Part shown: piece by piece, positions 9,866-19,970 of the stretch
Layout: each line of letters begins with the position of its first letter
Numbering within the stretch: the stretch's first letter is position 1
Source of the DNA: a bacterium
GTDB taxonomy: Bacteria > Bacillota > Clostridia > Christensenellales > CAG-138
Assembly: GCA_022778545.1 (NCBI GenBank)
Contig: JALFDW010000041.1
Location: forward strand, 1,483 to 65,482
DNA length: 64,000 bases
Reading direction: 5' to 3'
Notes under the pieces: model-generated
Databases searched by the model: none
What the model was told of the DNA's origin: nothing
What the model saw: only the letters and a program-made list of their open reading frames with translations
Made by a program: the position numbers and the translations under genes

Positions 9866-10807
9866 GTGCTAAAGTACTCGTTAAAACGACTGGTCAGGTC
9901 GCTGCTGACGCTTGTGATCCTCATTACGATCATATTTGCGCTCCTGCGGCTCATGCCAGAGGAAGGCTACTTTAATAACTACGAAAAAATGTCGCCTGCC
10001 GCGATCGACTTCGGCCTCAGGGAAATGGGCCTCAAGGATCCGCTGTATGTGCAGGTCGGCAGATTCTTCAAGAATCTGCTCCAGGGCGATCTCGGCATTT
10101 CCCGCCGTTACCGCGTCAATTACCCCATCACGGATCTGATCGCTCCCAAGATGAAAGTTTCCATGAAAGTCGGCCTTGTTTCGATGATCGTCAGCCTTCC
10201 GTTGGGCATGGCACTCGGCGCTTTGATGGCGCGCAGCAAGGGCGGCCTTGCAGACAAACTCGGCAACGCGTACATCGTGTTCATTCAGGCGGTGCCAAAC
10301 GCGGTGTACTTCATCTTCATACAGCTCTATGGTTCCAGCTGGTTCAACCTGAGCGTCCTCTATAAGCCGGAGGATTGGACGAGCCTGATCCTCCCAGTCA
10401 TATCGCTGGCGCTGCCCTCCATTTCCAGCTACGCGATGTGGCTCAGACGCTACATGGTGGATGAAACCAACAAGGATTACATCAAGCTCGCGCGCGCAAA
10501 GGGCGTGCCGAACACGACGATCTGGTTCCGCCACGTGTTCCGCAACTCCGTCGTGCCGATGGTCAACCTGATCCCGGGATCCATCCTGCTCACGATCTCC
10601 GGCTCCATCTACGTGGAATCGCTCTATTCCATCCCGGGCATGGGCGGCCTCCTCGTGGATGTTATCAAGCGTCAGGACAACAACATGGTGCTCGCGCTTG
10701 TGGTCATCTTCGCCTCGCTGAGTATCCTCGGCCTGTTGCTGGGCGATATTCTCATGGGCATCGTTGACCCGCGTATCAGCTTTTCCAAGAAGGAGGGCGC
10801 AAGATGA
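9866..10807 (+). CDS. ABC transporter permease (OppB/DppB-like)
   Basis: GTG start at 9866, 7 nt after the RBS AAAGGAG. VLKYSLKRLVRSLLTLVILITIIFALLRLMP is a typical OppB N-terminus, and the protein has multiple TM segments. Confidence 0.88.
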   Translation: MLKYSLKRLVRSLLTLVILITIIFALLRLMPEEGYFNNYEKMSPAAIDFGLREMGLKDPLYVQVGRFFKNLLQGDLGISRRYRVNYPITDLIAPKMKVSMKVGLVSMIVSLPLGMALGALMARSKGGLADKLGNAYIVFIQAVPNAVYFIFIQLYGSSWFNLSVLYKPEDWTSLILPVISLALPSISSYAMWLRRYMVDETNKDYIKLARAKGVPNTTIWFRHVFRNSVVPMVNLIPGSILLTISGSIYVESLYSIPGMGGLLVDVIKRQDNNMVLALVVIFASLSILGLLLGDILMGIVDPRISFSKKEGAR

Positions 10808-12498
10808 GCAGCAAATTCTCCCAGAAAGAAAAAATCAGCCGCAAGCTGGAAGCGAGCATCGAGGAACAGCTTCTTTCCCTTTCTGTCAGCGAAAAGGACG
10901 ACCTTTCCGAAGAGGAGATGAAAGATCTCCCGCAGGATCTCTTCGAGTTTGCGGAATATGACGAAAAAGAAGCCGAGCGCACCGGTTATTCCAACTATTC
11001 CTACTGGCGCAGCACCTTCCGCATGTTCTTTAAGAACAAGACGGCAGTTGCCATGCTGCTCATCATGCTCGTGCTCCTTGTGTTCACGTTCATTCAGCCG
11101 CTGCTCCCCAATCAGTATGACCCGAACGCCGTGAACTATTACGATTCCAAGGGCGTCTGGATCACCGTTGAAGAAGACGGGCGCGCCAAGCTTGAGGGCA
11201 TCAAGTACACCAAGGGTGACTATGCGGCCGAGCCGGGCGAAGACGAGACCATCGCCTATGTGCGTGTGCCGGAATCCTGGGGCGAACCCAAGCTTTATGC
11301 GAAGGCAAAGGGTGCGGAGAGCGAAGCTGTGCAGCTTACGTCGGCGCAGGATCCAAAGAACAAGGGCTGGTATTACGCGCTCGTTTCTTCGGAGATGCCG
11401 TACATGTACGTCACCTCTGAGGATGGCACGGAAACCACTTATTATGAAGCTGCGTGGATCACCGTTGATGAAGAGACCACGGGCGCTTACTCCTCCAGCA
11501 CAAAGCAGACGAGCGGCGAGCTCATCGCCGATGTGCCGGCAGGCACCGTGCTGACTTACCTGCAGGTTCCCGCAAGCTGGGGCACGCCGAACGTGAAGGC
11601 GGCCGGCATGATGCGCGGATCCCCGGAGAGCGAAGTCACGTTCACACCCGATCCTGAGAACGAGGGCTGGTATTACGCATTCATCCCCGAAGACCAGATG
11701 ATGCTGACCATCACCTCCGAAGACGGTTCCCTGAAGACCATGAACAAGGGCGTTGCCCGCGTGGGCGACCCGACCGAGGTCAAGCCTGTTACCGGCTTCA
11801 TCACGAACCAGCGCCCGAACAGCGTGTTCTGGTTCGGCACGAACGATATCGGCCAGGATCTCTGGGCCCGTATGTGGGGCGGCACGCGCACGTCGCTGCT
11901 CATCGGCATCGTGGCAGCGCTCATTGAAGCGATCGTCGGCATTCTGGCAGGTCTCCTCTGGGGCTATGTCCGCAAACTGGACTTCATTTTCACGGAGATC
12001 TACAACATCATCAACAACATCCCGACCACGATCATCCTGATCCTTGCGTCGTACATCATGCGCCCGAGCGTTACGACGCTCATCATCGCAATGAGCATCA
12101 CGGGTTGGATCGGCCTCGCGCGCTTCATCCGCAACCAGGTCATCATCATCCGCGACCGCGACTTCAACCTTGCGTCCCGCTGCCTTGGCACACCGACGCG
12201 GCGCGTTATCATCAAGAACCTGCTGCCGCACATGGTGTCCGTGGTCATGCTCCGCATGGCGCTCGCGATTCCCGGCGCGATCGGTTCGGAAGTGTTCCTT
12301 GCCTACATCGGCCTTGGCCTCCCGATCAGCATCCCCTCTCTGGGCAACCTGGTCAACAAGGGCCGCAGCATGATGATGGCGCCGAGCCTCCGTTACCAGC
12401 TGATCGTCCCCGCGATCATACTTTCCGTCATCACGATCTGCTTCTATCTGGTGGGCAACGCCTTCTCCGATGCAGCTGATCCGAAGAACCACGTGTAA
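10804..12498 (+). CDS. ABC transporter permease (OppC/DppC-like) with a ~200-aa duplicated extracytoplasmic insertion
   Basis: The start overlaps the upstream stop (ATGA). The C-terminal 240 aa form a typical OppC core (DIGQDLWARMWGGTRTSLLIGI...). The N-terminal part has one TM segment followed by a tandem duplicated domain. Confidence 0.88.
   Translation: MSSKFSQKEKISRKLEASIEEQLLSLSVSEKDDLSEEEMKDLPQDLFEFAEYDEKEAERTGYSNYSYWRSTFRMFFKNKTAVAMLLIMLVLLVFTFIQPLLPNQYDPNAVNYYDSKGVWITVEEDGRAKLEGIKYTKGDYAAEPGEDETIAYVRVPESWGEPKLYAKAKGAESEAVQLTSAQDPKNKGWYYALVSSEMPYMYVTSEDGTETTYYEAAWITVDEETTGAYSSSTKQTSGELIADVPAGTVLTYLQVPASWGTPNVKAAGMMRGSPESEVTFTPDPENEGWYYAFIPEDQMMLTITSEDGSLKTMNKGVARVGDPTEVKPVTGFITNQRPNSVFWFGTNDIGQDLWARMWGGTRTSLLIGIVAALIEAIVGILAGLLWGYVRKLDFIFTEIYNIINNIPTTIILILASYIMRPSVTTLIIAMSITGWIGLARFIRNQVIIIRDRDFNLASRCLGTPTRRVIIKNLLPHMVSVVMLRMALAIPGAIGSEVFLAYIGLGLPISIPSLGNLVNKGRSMMMAPSLRYQLIVPAIILSVITICFYLVGNAFSDAADPKNHV
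11152..11745 (+). repeat. Tandem ~99-aa duplication inside the OppC-like coding sequence
   Basis: aa 117-215 and 216-314 align. Matching pairs include WITVEEDG/WITVDEET, VPESWGEP/VPASWGTP, DPKNKGWYYAL/DPENEGWYYAF and VTSEDGTE/ITSEDGSL. Confidence 0.75.
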
Positions 12499-12513
12499 GG
12501 AGGTCTTTGTACT

Positions 12514-13569
12514 ATGGAACAAGAAGTGATTTTGTCTGTAAAAGACCTTAACGTCAAATTCAGCCTGCGCGGCCAGGTGCTCCACGCCATCCGCGGCATT
12601 TCGCTCGATATTTACAAGGGCGAAAGCCTCGCGATTGTGGGTGAGTCCGGCTCCGGCAAATCGGTGTTCACAAAGAACTTCATCGGCCTTCTGGACAAGA
12701 ACGGCTGGGTGGATTCCGGCGAGATCTGGTACAACGGCATGGATCTTGCAAAGTTCAAGACCGAAAAGGAATGGACGAAGATCCGCGGCAAAGAGGTCGC
12801 CATGGTCATGCAGGACCCGATGACGAGCCTTAACCCGCTCAAAACCATCGGCTGGCAGATCGAGGAAGCGCTCAAGCTGCATCAGGGCCTGACCGGTGAG
12901 GCGGCCAAGCAGCGCGCCATCGAGATCATCTCGGACGTCGGCATCCCGGAACCCGAGCGGCGCTATAAGCAGTATCCGCATGAGTTCTCCGGCGGCATGC
13001 GCCAGCGTGTGGTTATCGCCATCGCCATGGCCTGCAACCCGAAGATCCTCATCTGCGACGAGCCGACCACCGCGCTCGACGTGACGATCCAGGCGCAGAT
13101 CCTCAACCTGATCCGCGAGCTGCAGAAGAAGTATCAGCTCACGACCATCTACATCACCCATGACCTTGGCGTGGTCGCCAACGTGGCGGATCGCATCGCG
13201 GTCATGTATGCAGGCGACATCGTTGAGATCGGCACCTGCAACGAAGTGTTCTATTCCCCGCAGCATCCCTACACCTGGGCGCTGCTCTCCTCCCTGCCGC
13301 AGCTCGGCGTAAAGGGGCAGGACCTCTATTCCATCAAAGGAACGCCTCCGAACCTGTTCAACAAGGTGCGCGGCGACGCGTTTGCCCCGCGTAACCCGCA
13401 GGCGCTCAAGATCGACTTCCTGCACCGCCCGCCGTACTTCGAGGTTTCGCCGACGCACAAGGCACGCACCTGGCTGCTTGACCCGCGTGCACCCAAGGTG
13501 GATCCGCCGGAGCATATTAAGAACATCCGCAACATCCGCGCCGACAAGAAGGAAGGGGGAGCACAGTAA
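12514..13569 (+). CDS. ABC transporter ATP-binding protein (OppD/DppD-like)
   Basis: Walker A GESGSGKS, signature FSGGMRQR, Walker [12 protein letters not shown], and the oligopeptide-type C-terminal extension. Confidence 0.93.
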   Translation: MEQEVILSVKDLNVKFSLRGQVLHAIRGISLDIYKGESLAIVGESGSGKSVFTKNFIGLLDKNGWVDSGEIWYNGMDLAKFKTEKEWTKIRGKEVAMVMQDPMTSLNPLKTIGWQIEEALKLHQGLTGEAAKQRAIEIISDVGIPEPERRYKQYPHEFSGGMRQRVVIAIAMACNPKILICDEPTTALDVTIQAQILNLIRELQKKYQLTTIYITHDLGVVANVADRIAVMYAGDIVEIGTCNEVFYSPQHPYTWALLSSLPQLGVKGQDLYSIKGTPPNLFNKVRGDAFAPRNPQALKIDFLHRPPYFEVSPTHKARTWLLDPRAPKVDPPEHIKNIRNIRADKKEGGAQ

Positions 13570-14510
13570 TGGAAAAGGCGAACAGGGAAGTCCTCCTTCA
13601 GGTAAAAGACCTGGAAGTTACCTTCGGCAGCAAACGTAAGCCGTTTGTGGCGGTCAAAGGCGTAAGCTTCGATATCTACAAGGGTGAAACGTTCGGCCTC
13701 GTGGGCGAGTCCGGTTCCGGCAAAACCACCATCGGCCGCGCGATCATCCGCATCAACCCCACCTCCAACGGTGAAGTCATCTTCAAGGGCGAGAAGATCA
13801 ACGGCAAGATCTCCCGCGAGCTGGACAAGCGCGTGACGCAGCAGATCCAGATGATCTTCCAGGACCCGATGGCATCGCTCAACGAGCGCGCCAAGGTGGA
13901 CTATATCGTCTCCGAAGGCCTGATGAACGTGCAGAAGAACCTCACGCAGGAAGAGCGCGAGGCGAAAGTCTCCAAAGCGCTTTCCGAAGTGGGCCTGCTG
14001 CCTGAATTCGCAAGCCGCTTCCCGCATGAGTTCTCCGGCGGCCAGCGCCAGCGTATCGGCATCGCACGCAGCCTCATCATGGAGCCGGAGTTCATTATTG
14101 CGGACGAGCCGATCTCCGCGCTGGACGTTTCCATTCGCGCGCAGGTTCTGAACCTGCTCTCCGCTCTGCAGAAGGAGCGCGGCCTGACGTATCTGTTCAT
14201 CGCGCACGACCTTTCCGTTATGCGCTTCATCACGGATCGTATCGCCGTTATCCACAAGGGCGTGATCGTGGAGTTGGCGGAAACGGAGAAGCTGTTTGAG
14301 CATCCGCTGCATCCGTACACCCGCGCGCTGCTTTCAGCCATCCCGATGCCGGATCCTATCTCCGAAAAGCAGAAAGTGCTTGAGGTATATGACCCGAGCT
14401 GCCATGATTATTCCGAGGATAAGCCGAAGTGGACGGAGATCGAAGAGGGCCATTTCATCATGGCCAACGAGAAGGAACTTGCGGAGTACCGCGAGCGTCT
14501 CGCAAAGTAA
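13569..14510 (+). CDS. ABC transporter ATP-binding protein (OppF/DppF-like)
   Basis: Walker A GESGSGKT, signature FSGGQRQR, Walker [12 protein letters not shown]. The start overlaps the upstream stop. Confidence 0.93.
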   Translation: MEKANREVLLQVKDLEVTFGSKRKPFVAVKGVSFDIYKGETFGLVGESGSGKTTIGRAIIRINPTSNGEVIFKGEKINGKISRELDKRVTQQIQMIFQDPMASLNERAKVDYIVSEGLMNVQKNLTQEEREAKVSKALSEVGLLPEFASRFPHEFSGGQRQRIGIARSLIMEPEFIIADEPISALDVSIRAQVLNLLSALQKERGLTYLFIAHDLSVMRFITDRIAVIHKGVIVELAETEKLFEHPLHPYTRALLSAIPMPDPISEKQKVLEVYDPSCHDYSEDKPKWTEIEEGHFIMANEKELAEYRERLAK

Positions 14511-14530
14511 ACAAAACGAACAACAACAAT

Positions 14531-14562
14531 GCCTGCCCGCATTTTGCGGGCGGGCTCTTGTT
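14531..14562 (+). terminator. Hairpin terminator after the transporter genes
   Basis: GCCTGCCCGCA pairs with TGCGGGCGGGC, followed by TCTTGTT. Confidence 0.5.
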
Positions 14563-14654
14563 AGTATAACAGAGTTTTTCGCGAGCGAGTAGCCGGACGT
14601 ATGACAAAACCGCCGCGAGCAAGAAATCAGCAATAAAAAGGAGAAACAATTCAA

Positions 14655-15482
14655 ATGGAAAAGCGCGCGTTGGTCATTTCCCCTATTGCACCGTATTACG
14701 TTAAGCCGAGCCTGCCGCCCGACCCGGATGACGAGGGTTGGTATGGCCAGATCGTAGAGATCCTGGAACAGGAGCAGGACGGGTTTTACAAGATCCGCAC
14801 GCCCTATCGCTATGAGACCTATGTGCATGAATCGCACCTGTGCCTGGATGAAGCGGAAGTGGAGCGCTGGGAAAAGGCGGATCTGCGCCGCGTCTGGGCT
14901 GCCTGGGCGGACGTCCAGGTGACCGACGGTGCGACGCATCCCTATCATATCTGCCTTTGCCGCGGTGCGGTCGTGGAATATGTTGCGCCGCCGGAAAAGC
15001 CGCAGGGCTGGGCAAAGGTGCGCCTCATCGGCGGTGTGGAAGGCTATGTGCGTGAAGGCTTCCTCGGCAGGTTCTATGATGACGAGCCTTCCGCGGGCGA
15101 AGAAGAGCTGCGCAACAGCGTCGTGGAAGCGGCGAAGCTCTACATGGGTGTGCAGTACCGCTGGGGCGGAAAAACGCCGCAGGGCATCGACTGCTCCGGC
15201 CTTGTTGGGGCGGCATATCTGCTCAACGGCGTGAAGCTCTACCGCAATGCCGACATCAAAGAGGGCTTCCCCGTGCATGAGATCGACCGCGCGAAGATGA
15301 AGAAGGGCGACCTGCTGTTCTTCAAGGGGCATGTGGCCATGTACATCGGCGACGGAATGTACATTCATTCCACAAGCCGAGCCGGCTCCGACGGCGTTGT
15401 GCTCAACAGCCTCTGCCCGGGCCACCCGCTGTACCGGGACGACCTTGCAAAAGGCGTGCTTGCCGTAGGCTCGATCTTTTAA
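14655..15482 (+). CDS. Cytoplasmic NlpC/P60-family peptidase with N-terminal SH3-like region (YkfC-like gamma-D-glutamyl-diamino-acid endopeptidase candidate)
   Basis: C-terminal NlpC/P60 core: YRWGGKTPQGIDCSGLV...GDLLFFKGHVAMYIGDGMYIHS. No signal peptide or lipobox at the N-terminus. Confidence 0.85.
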   Translation: MEKRALVISPIAPYYVKPSLPPDPDDEGWYGQIVEILEQEQDGFYKIRTPYRYETYVHESHLCLDEAEVERWEKADLRRVWAAWADVQVTDGATHPYHICLCRGAVVEYVAPPEKPQGWAKVRLIGGVEGYVREGFLGRFYDDEPSAGEEELRNSVVEAAKLYMGVQYRWGGKTPQGIDCSGLVGAAYLLNGVKLYRNADIKEGFPVHEIDRAKMKKGDLLFFKGHVAMYIGDGMYIHSTSRAGSDGVVLNSLCPGHPLYRDDLAKGVLAVGSIF

Positions 15483-15520
15483 TGAACGATAAAAGCAAAT
15501 TGAACAGGAGGAACTGCCCG

Positions 15521-16906
15521 ATGAACATCAACGACAATTTTGAGTTTCTGAACATTGGCCTGCCGGAGGATATTCTCCGCCGCAAAAACTGGGGTGACTT
15601 TGAGGGTGCGGTGCGCCTGATCGACAAGCGCCTTGCCGGCAACATCCCGGATGCGCTGCGCGCGTGCCTCATCTGTGAACGCGAAATGATCCTCCGCCTC
15701 GAGAATGATTATCCGTTCAGCGAAGCGCAGGCGATCGAGAAGATCCAAAGCGCCATTCCGGATTTCACGGAAGCGGAATTCCACGAAATGGTGGATGACA
15801 ACAAGATCGACTGGATCTACGTCCATGGCGAGCCGCACTATTTCCTGCGGTTCTATCAGACGCTGATCAAGACGGACGCTGCGTTCGCGGAGCGCGCGGG
15901 TGTCGCGGATCGCGGCCGCGTGGACGGCGAGGACAGCGACACGGCAAAGGAAAGCGTGCTGGACCGTGCAGCGCGGCTGATGCGGGAGAACGGCAAGCTC
16001 AGCAACCGCATTCGCATCCGCGCAAGCATGCGCATCAAGGATGAATATTTTGAAAAGGGCAAGCGCGTGCGCGTGCATATCCCGATCCCCGCAGCCTGCA
16101 TCCAGCAGAGCGAGATCAAGCTCGTTGGCTTCTCCTCGGAGCCGACCTATGTCGCGCCGGAAGACGCGCCGCAGCGCACGGTGTACTGGGAAGAAGTCAT
16201 GCAGGAGAACCATCCGTTCTGGGTAGAGTATTCCTATGTGCATACCGCGCCCTACGTTGACCCGATGAAGATCGTTCCGGATGCGGAGCAGCCCACGTTC
16301 TTCACCAACGAGGAGAACCCGCACATCGTGTTCACGCCGTACATCAAAGAGCTCGTCAAGACGCTCACCAAGGGCGTGACGAACCCGGTGGAAAAGGCGC
16401 GCATCTTCTATGATTTCGTGACGCTCAACGTGAAGTATTCCTTCATGCGGGAGTATTTCGGCCTCGAGAACATCGCCGAAAACTGCGCGCGCAACTTCAA
16501 GGGAGACTGCGGCGTGCAGGCGCTGCTGTTCATCACCCTTTGCCGCTGCGCGGGCATCCCGGCGCGCTGGCAGAGCGGCCTTTGCGCCCAGCCCGGCGAC
16601 GTCGGCATGCATGACTGGGCAATGTTCTACGTTGCGCCCTATGGCTGGATGTTTGCCGACCCCTCCTTCGGCGGCGGCGGACACCGCGCTGGCAATGAAG
16701 CGCGCAGGGTGCACTATTTCGGCAACCTTGACCCGTACCGCATGGTGGCAAACTGCGAATTCCGTGCACCGCTTGACCCGCCGAAGACGCATTGGCGGCA
16801 TGACCCGTATGACAACCAGGCCGGCGAGATCGAATACGAAGACCGCGGGCTGCGCGGGCCGGAGTACGAGCGCGACATGGAAATGACGGAATATACAGAG
16901 CTGTAA
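15521..16906 (+). CDS. Transglutaminase-like (cysteine-protease fold) domain protein
   Basis: Core NFKGDCGVQALLFITLCRCAGIPARW...HDWAMFYVAPYGWMFADPS (Cys-His-Asp arrangement). The ATG at 15521 follows the RBS AGGAGG. An alternative start at 15482 overlaps the upstream stop. Confidence 0.75.
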   Translation: MNINDNFEFLNIGLPEDILRRKNWGDFEGAVRLIDKRLAGNIPDALRACLICEREMILRLENDYPFSEAQAIEKIQSAIPDFTEAEFHEMVDDNKIDWIYVHGEPHYFLRFYQTLIKTDAAFAERAGVADRGRVDGEDSDTAKESVLDRAARLMRENGKLSNRIRIRASMRIKDEYFEKGKRVRVHIPIPAACIQQSEIKLVGFSSEPTYVAPEDAPQRTVYWEEVMQENHPFWVEYSYVHTAPYVDPMKIVPDAEQPTFFTNEENPHIVFTPYIKELVKTLTKGVTNPVEKARIFYDFVTLNVKYSFMREYFGLENIAENCARNFKGDCGVQALLFITLCRCAGIPARWQSGLCAQPGDVGMHDWAMFYVAPYGWMFADPSFGGGGHRAGNEARRVHYFGNLDPYRMVANCEFRAPLDPPKTHWRHDPYDNQAGEIEYEDRGLRGPEYERDMEMTEYTEL

Positions 16907-16922
16907 GCCAAGGGATAAAACC

Positions 16923-18191
16923 ATGAAGAAAACACTGCCCTACGACAAAGCAAAGATCGAGGCCATCATCAAAGAGTACCCGACGCCCTTCCACATTTAC
17001 GATGAGCATGGGCTTCGTACGCGCGTGCGCGCGCTGCAAAAGGCGTTTGCCTGGAACAAGGGCTACAAGGAATACTACGCCGTGAAGGCATGCCCGAACC
17101 CCGTGCTGATGCAGATCCTCAAGGAAGAGGGCTGCGGCATGGACTGCTCCAGCTATGCGGAGCTGATGCTCAGCGAAGCCGTCGGCATCGTCGGGGAAAA
17201 CATCATGTTCTCCTCCAACGCCACGCCCGCGAAGGATTTCGAGTATGCCCGGCGGCTGAACGCCACGATCAACCTCGATGACATCTCCCATATCGACTTC
17301 CTTGCAAAGCATGGCGGCATCCCGAAGACCATCTGCTGCCGCTTCAACCCCGGCGGTGAGTTCAAGATCGGCACGCAGATCATGGGCAACCCGGCGGATG
17401 CGAAATACGGCTTCACCCGCGCACAGCTCTCCGAGGGCATGAAGAAGCTTAAGGAGATGGGCGTGACGGAGTTCGGCCTGCACGCGTTCCTTTCCTCCAA
17501 CAACACGGACAACATGTATTATCCGACGCTGGCGAAGCTCCTCTTTGAGACCGCGAAGGAGCTGCATGAAGAGCTTGGCATCAAGATCGGCTTCATCAAC
17601 CTTTCCGGCGGCGTGGGCATCCCGTACCGCCCGGAGGATGCGGAGACGGACATCCAGGTCGTTGGCGACAAGGTACATGAGGCTTATGAAGCCGCCTTTG
17701 GCGGAACGGACATGCAGCCGCGCATCTTCACGGAGCTTGGCCGTTATATCACCGGCCCCATCGGCACGCTTGTGACCACCGTGCTGCATGAGAAAAAGAC
17801 CTATAAGGACTTCATCGGCTGCGACGCCTGCGCCGCGAACCTGATGCGCCCGGCCATGTACGGCGCTTACCACCATGTGACGGTGCTTGGCAAGGAGGAC
17901 GCGCCCTGCGATCACCTCTATGACATCACCGGCTCCCTCTGCGAGAGCAACGACCGCTTTGCGATCGACCGTAAGCTGCCCGAGATCGAGATCGGCGACA
18001 TCCTCGCCATCCATGACACCGGCGCTCACGGCTTCTCTATGGGCTACAACTACAACGGCAAGCTGAGGAGCGCGGAGCTTCTGCTCTGCGAGGACGGCAG
18101 CGTCAAGATGATCCGCCGTGCGGAAACCACGAAGGATTATTTTGCCACGTTCGATTTCCTGCACCTGCCGCGCCTGAACGACGAAGAGTAA
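16923..18191 (+). CDS. lysA: PLP-dependent decarboxylase of the Orn/DAP/Arg family, most like diaminopimelate decarboxylase
   Basis: 422 aa. YPTPFHIYDEHGLRTRV...YAVKACPNP (PLP lysine context)...CESNDRF...HDTGAHGFSMGYNYNG. The fold and length fit LysA-type enzymes. Confidence 0.7.
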   Translation: MKKTLPYDKAKIEAIIKEYPTPFHIYDEHGLRTRVRALQKAFAWNKGYKEYYAVKACPNPVLMQILKEEGCGMDCSSYAELMLSEAVGIVGENIMFSSNATPAKDFEYARRLNATINLDDISHIDFLAKHGGIPKTICCRFNPGGEFKIGTQIMGNPADAKYGFTRAQLSEGMKKLKEMGVTEFGLHAFLSSNNTDNMYYPTLAKLLFETAKELHEELGIKIGFINLSGGVGIPYRPEDAETDIQVVGDKVHEAYEAAFGGTDMQPRIFTELGRYITGPIGTLVTTVLHEKKTYKDFIGCDACAANLMRPAMYGAYHHVTVLGKEDAPCDHLYDITGSLCESNDRFAIDRKLPEIEIGDILAIHDTGAHGFSMGYNYNGKLRSAELLLCEDGSVKMIRRAETTKDYFATFDFLHLPRLNDEE

Positions 18192-18204
18192 GAAAGGGAT
18201 CAAC

Positions 18205-19185
18205 ATGAAAAACGATATTCCGCGCATTCCGCTTGCGCAACTTCCAACCCCGTTTTACAAGCTCGAAAACATCAGCGCGGAGCTTGGACGCAGCGTTTAC
18301 ATCAAGCGGGACGATATGACCGGCGTGAGCCTCGGCGGCAACAAGGTGCGCAAGCTGGAGTATCTGCTTGCGGATGCGAAGAACCAGGGCTGCGATGTGG
18401 TGCTCACCACGGGCGGCGCGCAATCCAACCATGCCATGCTGACTGCGGCGTGCTGCCGCAGGCTCGGCATCGAGCCCATCCTCGTGCTCAAGAAGCGCGG
18501 CGTGATGGGGCGCAAGGGCAATCTGTTGCTGGAAGCGCTCATGGATGTGGATGTCCGCTTTGTTGATACGGACAGCTATGACGACGTTTATGTTGAAATG
18601 GACAGGATCGCGGACGAACTGCGCGCAGCCGGGCGCAAGCCATATCTTGTGCCTGTGGGCGGCAGCGTTCCGCTCGGTACGCTGGGCTATGTGCGGTGCG
18701 CCGAAGAAGTCTTTGCGCAGGCGAAGACCGCCGGCGTGAAGCTTGACCGGGTGATCTGCACGGCGGGCAGCGGCGGCACGATGGCCGGCATGGTGCTTGG
18801 CGCAATGCTTTATGGCGAGGGCGCAAAGGTGACCGGAATTGCTGTCTGCGACGACCCGTTTGAGGAGATCGTGGCCGAGCTTGTAACGGAATCCGCGAAG
18901 CTCCTCGGCGAGAACATTTCCATGACGCCCGCGGAGGTGGATGTCCGCCGCTATTATGGCGCAGGCTATGCAAAGCCCTCCGAGGAAGGCCTTGAGGCGG
19001 TGCGCATGATGGCCCGCAAAGAGGGCATTATGCTTGACCCGGTCTACACGGGCAAGACCTTTGCAGGGCTGATCGACCTTGTGCGCAAGGGCGAGATCAA
19101 AGAAGGGGAGACCGTGCTGTTCCTGCACAGCGGCGGCGCGGCAAGCCTCTTTGCCATTGACCCGGAAGCCGTGGTGAAGGCGTAA
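18205..19185 (+). CDS. PLP-dependent deaminase of the D-cysteine desulfhydrase / ACC deaminase family
   Basis: 326 aa. LPTPFYKLENIS...YIKRDDMTGVSLGGNKVRKLEYLLADA...TTGGAQSNHA is characteristic of this family. Confidence 0.8.
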   Translation: MKNDIPRIPLAQLPTPFYKLENISAELGRSVYIKRDDMTGVSLGGNKVRKLEYLLADAKNQGCDVVLTTGGAQSNHAMLTAACCRRLGIEPILVLKKRGVMGRKGNLLLEALMDVDVRFVDTDSYDDVYVEMDRIADELRAAGRKPYLVPVGGSVPLGTLGYVRCAEEVFAQAKTAGVKLDRVICTAGSGGTMAGMVLGAMLYGEGAKVTGIAVCDDPFEEIVAELVTESAKLLGENISMTPAEVDVRRYYGAGYAKPSEEGLEAVRMMARKEGIMLDPVYTGKTFAGLIDLVRKGEIKEGETVLFLHSGGAASLFAIDPEAVVKA

Positions 19186-19268
19186 GGGCGGGCACAAAAA
19201 AGGATCGGAATGGATGGGGGCGGGGGAAACGCCCCCATTTTACTGAATTTTTTTAAGGGAAGGCAATT

Positions 19269-19970
19269 ATGAAAAAGACCATTGGAATCATCGGCGGCAT
19301 GGGGCCGCTCGCCACGGCGGATCTGTTCCGCAAGATCGTTTTGATGACGGACGCAAAGTGCGATCAGGAGCATCCCCGCGTGCTCATCGACTGTAACACG
19401 AACATTCCGGACCGCACGGCAGCGATCCTTTCCGGCGGAGAAAACCCGATCCCGCAGTTGGCGGCTTCGGCACGCACGCTGGAGCGCGCAGGTGCGGACG
19501 TGCTGATGATGCCCTGCAACACGGCGCATTATTTCTACGATGGCGTCACTGCCGCGACGAAGCTGCCGGTGCTGCATATGCTGCGCCTGACGGCGGAGGA
19601 GATCGACCGGCGGAAAATCCGGACGGTCGGCCTGCTCGCCACGGACGGCACCATTCAGACGGGCATCTATGAGCGCCTGTTTGAAGAGTACGGCGTAACG
19701 GTCGTGAAGCCGGATGCGGCGGGGCAGAAGCAGATCATGGCGCTCATTTACGATGGCGTGAAGGCCGGCAACGCAGCCTTTGACACCGCCCCTGTGCGCA
19801 CGGTGCTCGACGGGATGCTTGCTTCCGGTGTGGAGGCCTTTGTGCTCGGCTGCACGGAGCTCCCCATCGCCTTTGCGGATTACGACCTGCCGTACCCGGT
19901 CGTTGACCCAACCGCTGTGCTGGCGCGTGCGGCCATCGAGTTTGCCGGGTGCAAGGTGAAAAACGCATGA
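19269..19970 (+). CDS. Aspartate/glutamate-family amino-acid racemase
   Basis: 233 aa. MKKTIGIIGGMGPLATADLFRKIV...MPCNTAHYF...LGCTELP, with the two catalytic Cys contexts. Confidence 0.85.
   Translation: MKKTIGIIGGMGPLATADLFRKIVLMTDAKCDQEHPRVLIDCNTNIPDRTAAILSGGENPIPQLAASARTLERAGADVLMMPCNTAHYFYDGVTAATKLPVLHMLRLTAEEIDRRKIRTVGLLATDGTIQTGIYERLFEEYGVTVVKPDAAGQKQIMALIYDGVKAGNAAFDTAPVRTVLDGMLASGVEAFVLGCTELPIAFADYDLPYPVVDPTAVLARAAIEFAGCKVKNA

Noticed and set aside
15482-15520. Alternative upstream start (ATG at 15482, overlapping the NlpC/P60 stop) for the transglutaminase-like gene. Similar longer starts exist for ORFs at 6174, 7509, 9707, 31603, 40457, 40845, 42402, 50710, 51233, 52974, 60714 and 62564.
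   Set aside because: In each case an internal start has a better-placed Shine-Dalgarno sequence, or it begins the conserved N-terminus of the family. Several of the extensions also run through terminators or leaders. 15482 remains a possible alternative.
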